Assembly (NCBI RefSeq): GCF_006345805.1
Contig: NC_043005.1
Coordinates: 14,322,001 to 14,386,000, forward strand
DNA from: Octopus sinensis
Taxonomy: Eukaryota
Reading direction: 5' to 3'
DNA: 64,000 bases
The stretch's first letter is position 1, and each line of letters starts with the position of its first letter. The position numbers and the translations under genes are program-made. Under the pieces are notes generated by a model that searched no databases, was not told where the DNA came from, and worked only from the letters and a program-made list of their open reading frames with translations. This document shows positions 63,546-64,000 of the stretch, in pieces.

Positions 63546-64000
63546 CTTCGCATACAAACTTGAAATCTTCAAAGCCACAGTCGAACCAATTCTACTATAT
63601 GGCTCAGAAACCTGGACGTTATCAAAGAAGCTTGAGAGGCGGTTGGATGGAACCTACACTCGCCTCCTTATGAGAGCTCAAAATCTCTCGTGGAAGCGCC
63701 ATCCAACCAAAATGCAAATATATAGGAAACTACCACCGGTGTCATCTCTTGTGAAAGGTAAGAGAGTCCAGTTAGCTGGACATTGTTGTAGAGCTGAAAA
63801 AGAGGTAATTTCTACTCTTCTCCTCTGGAAGCCATCTACTCGCAATACCAGAGGGCGCACACTCTCCTACCCTGATGTAATCTCCAGGGATACAGGCATC
63901 CAGCAACAGGACCTCCATAATGCCATGATGGACCGTGAAGTCTGGCGTAGCATGGTAAATTCCATTGTCTCGACCATGGTCGAACAATGATGATGATGAT
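63546..64000 (+). pseudogene. 5'-truncated RTE LINE 3' end with (TGA)n tail
   Basis: FKATVEPILLYGSETWTLSK...LAGHCCR...DREVWR; open to the stop at 63990, then (TGA)n. Confidence 0.92.

Overview
Eukaryotic, AT-rich, extremely repeat-dense DNA. The SINE families and microsatellite load look like a coleoid cephalopod (Octopus-like) genome; this is inference, not a database match. No complete protein-coding gene can be read, and nearly all long entries in the ORF track are microsatellite artefacts. Most of the window is: (i) four interleaved SINE families (tRNA-headed A and D, Nin/Deu-domain B, (ATG)n-tailed C); (ii) fragments of RTE, CR1 and R4/Dong LINEs; (iii) a decayed hAT transposon with a BED finger; (iv) Tc1/mariner remnants; (v) MITEs of hAT (Buster-type target), piggyBac, mariner and Merlin-like type; (vi) a non-autonomous Helitron and a Gypsy-like LTR plus gag stub. 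A CpG-retaining region at about 20.5-21.6 kb carries splice-supported, head-to-head putative first exons of two unidentified transcripts. The most interesting unexplained signals are two hammerhead-ribozyme folds in small Penelope-like retro-fragments (33079-33127 minus, 27383-27417 plus), a pre-miRNA-like 42-bp hairpin (10444-10537), two perfect long palindromes, and a 14-bp minisatellite apparently amplified from a SINE head. Repeat boundaries were read by eye and are approximate unless a TSD is quoted.
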